Shown one piece after another: positions 63,579 through 64,000 of a stretch of 64,000 bases of DNA. Position numbers and translations under genes: made by a program. The first letter of the stretch is position 1. Every line of letters starts with the position of its first letter. Where the stretch lies: NCBI GenBank assembly GCA_036229005.1, contig JAZAMN010000003.1, positions 8,202-72,201 of the forward strand, given 5' to 3'. The stretch comes from Myxococcota bacterium (GTDB lineage: Bacteria > Myxococcota_A > UBA796 > CAJQPC01). The notes beneath the pieces were generated by a model that was given only the letters and a program-made list of their open reading frames with translations, was not told the DNA's origin and made no database searches.

Positions 63579-64000
63579 ATGCAAACGATTCCAACCAAAC
63601 CTTACTGCGATCTCCACATCCACGTCGGCTCCAGCGTCGCCCCGCACGTGATGTGGTCCATGGCCCACCAGCAGGGCTTCAAGCTCCCCACCCGTGACTA
63701 CTGGGAGTTTGTCGACCTGATCACCGCCAACCCGTCCAAGGTCAAGAGCCTGGACGACTACCTCAAGATCCTCCACGTCTGGACGGAGCGCATCCAGTCC
63801 AGCCCCTTCGCCGTCGAGCGCTCGGTCTACGAGATCATCGGCAAGGAGTACCGCGGCTCCCGCGTGGAGAAGATCGAGCTGCGCTTCAACCCCATGAAGC
63901 GCAACCTGGAGGGCCAGCGCGATCTGGACCACATCATCCACGCCGCCCTGCGCGGCATGGACCGCGCCACCCTGGAGTACGGCGTCGAGGCCGGCCTGAT
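63579..64000 (+). CDS. adenosine/nucleoside deaminase-family metallohydrolase (N-terminal part; runs off the window)
   Basis: Hand translation from ATG 63579 gives MQTIPTKPYCDLHIHVGSSVAPHVMWSMAHQQGFKLP...IELRFNPMKRN. The HxH metal motif and an open frame to the window end support it. Absent from the ORF track because no stop is present. Confidence 0.55.
   Translation, partial: MQTIPTKPYCDLHIHVGSSVAPHVMWSMAHQQGFKLPTRDYWEFVDLITANPSKVKSLDDYLKILHVWTERIQSSPFAVERSVYEIIGKEYRGSRVEKIELRFNPMKRNLEGQRDLDHIIHAALRGMDRATLEYGVEAGL

Overview
Visibly GC-rich, gene-dense bacterial chromosomal window. I recognised no rRNA, tRNA, CRISPR array, transposase or phage genes. Positions 1-16952 form a flagellar cluster: flgF (partial)-flgG-flgA-flgH-flgI, a FlgJ rod-binding/M23-peptidase fusion, flgM-flgN-flgK-flgL, two tandem short flagellins and fliD-fliS. 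Four uncharacterised genes follow (helical protein, PilZ-like protein, outer-membrane beta-barrel, 740-aa periplasmic TPR protein). Then comes a ~450-bp repeat-rich intergenic region and flgB-flgC-fliE. A recurring TAAA/TCAA-N15/16-(T/A)CCGAT motif, resembling sigma-28/FliA promoters, precedes flgI, flgM, flagellin 2, fliD, the accessory operon, flgB and a porin-like/MCP pair. The rest of the window mixes housekeeping genes (deaD, cysD, cysNC, mfd, glpK, pepP, long-form dcd) with accessory-looking genes. These include haem-c lipoproteins, a TonB-C-fused TonB-dependent receptor cluster, a PilT paralog and a divergent RelA/SpoT-like protein. They also include an ECF sigma/anti-sigma/secreted caspase-fold protease operon and a LOG-like/orphan DNA methyltransferase/ferredoxin/deaminase run. 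Three secreted proteins end in Cys-rich + TM + Arg-cluster MYXO-CTERM-type tails, which suggests a Myxococcota-like lineage that nevertheless encodes flagella. Many exported proteins here have strikingly short signal peptides. The leads I rate highest are the ECF/anti-sigma/caspase module, the repeat-rich region upstream of flgB, and the uncharacterised OM-barrel/TPR module inside the flagellar cluster. All functional calls rest on reading the supplied translations and the DNA by eye; no database search was run.
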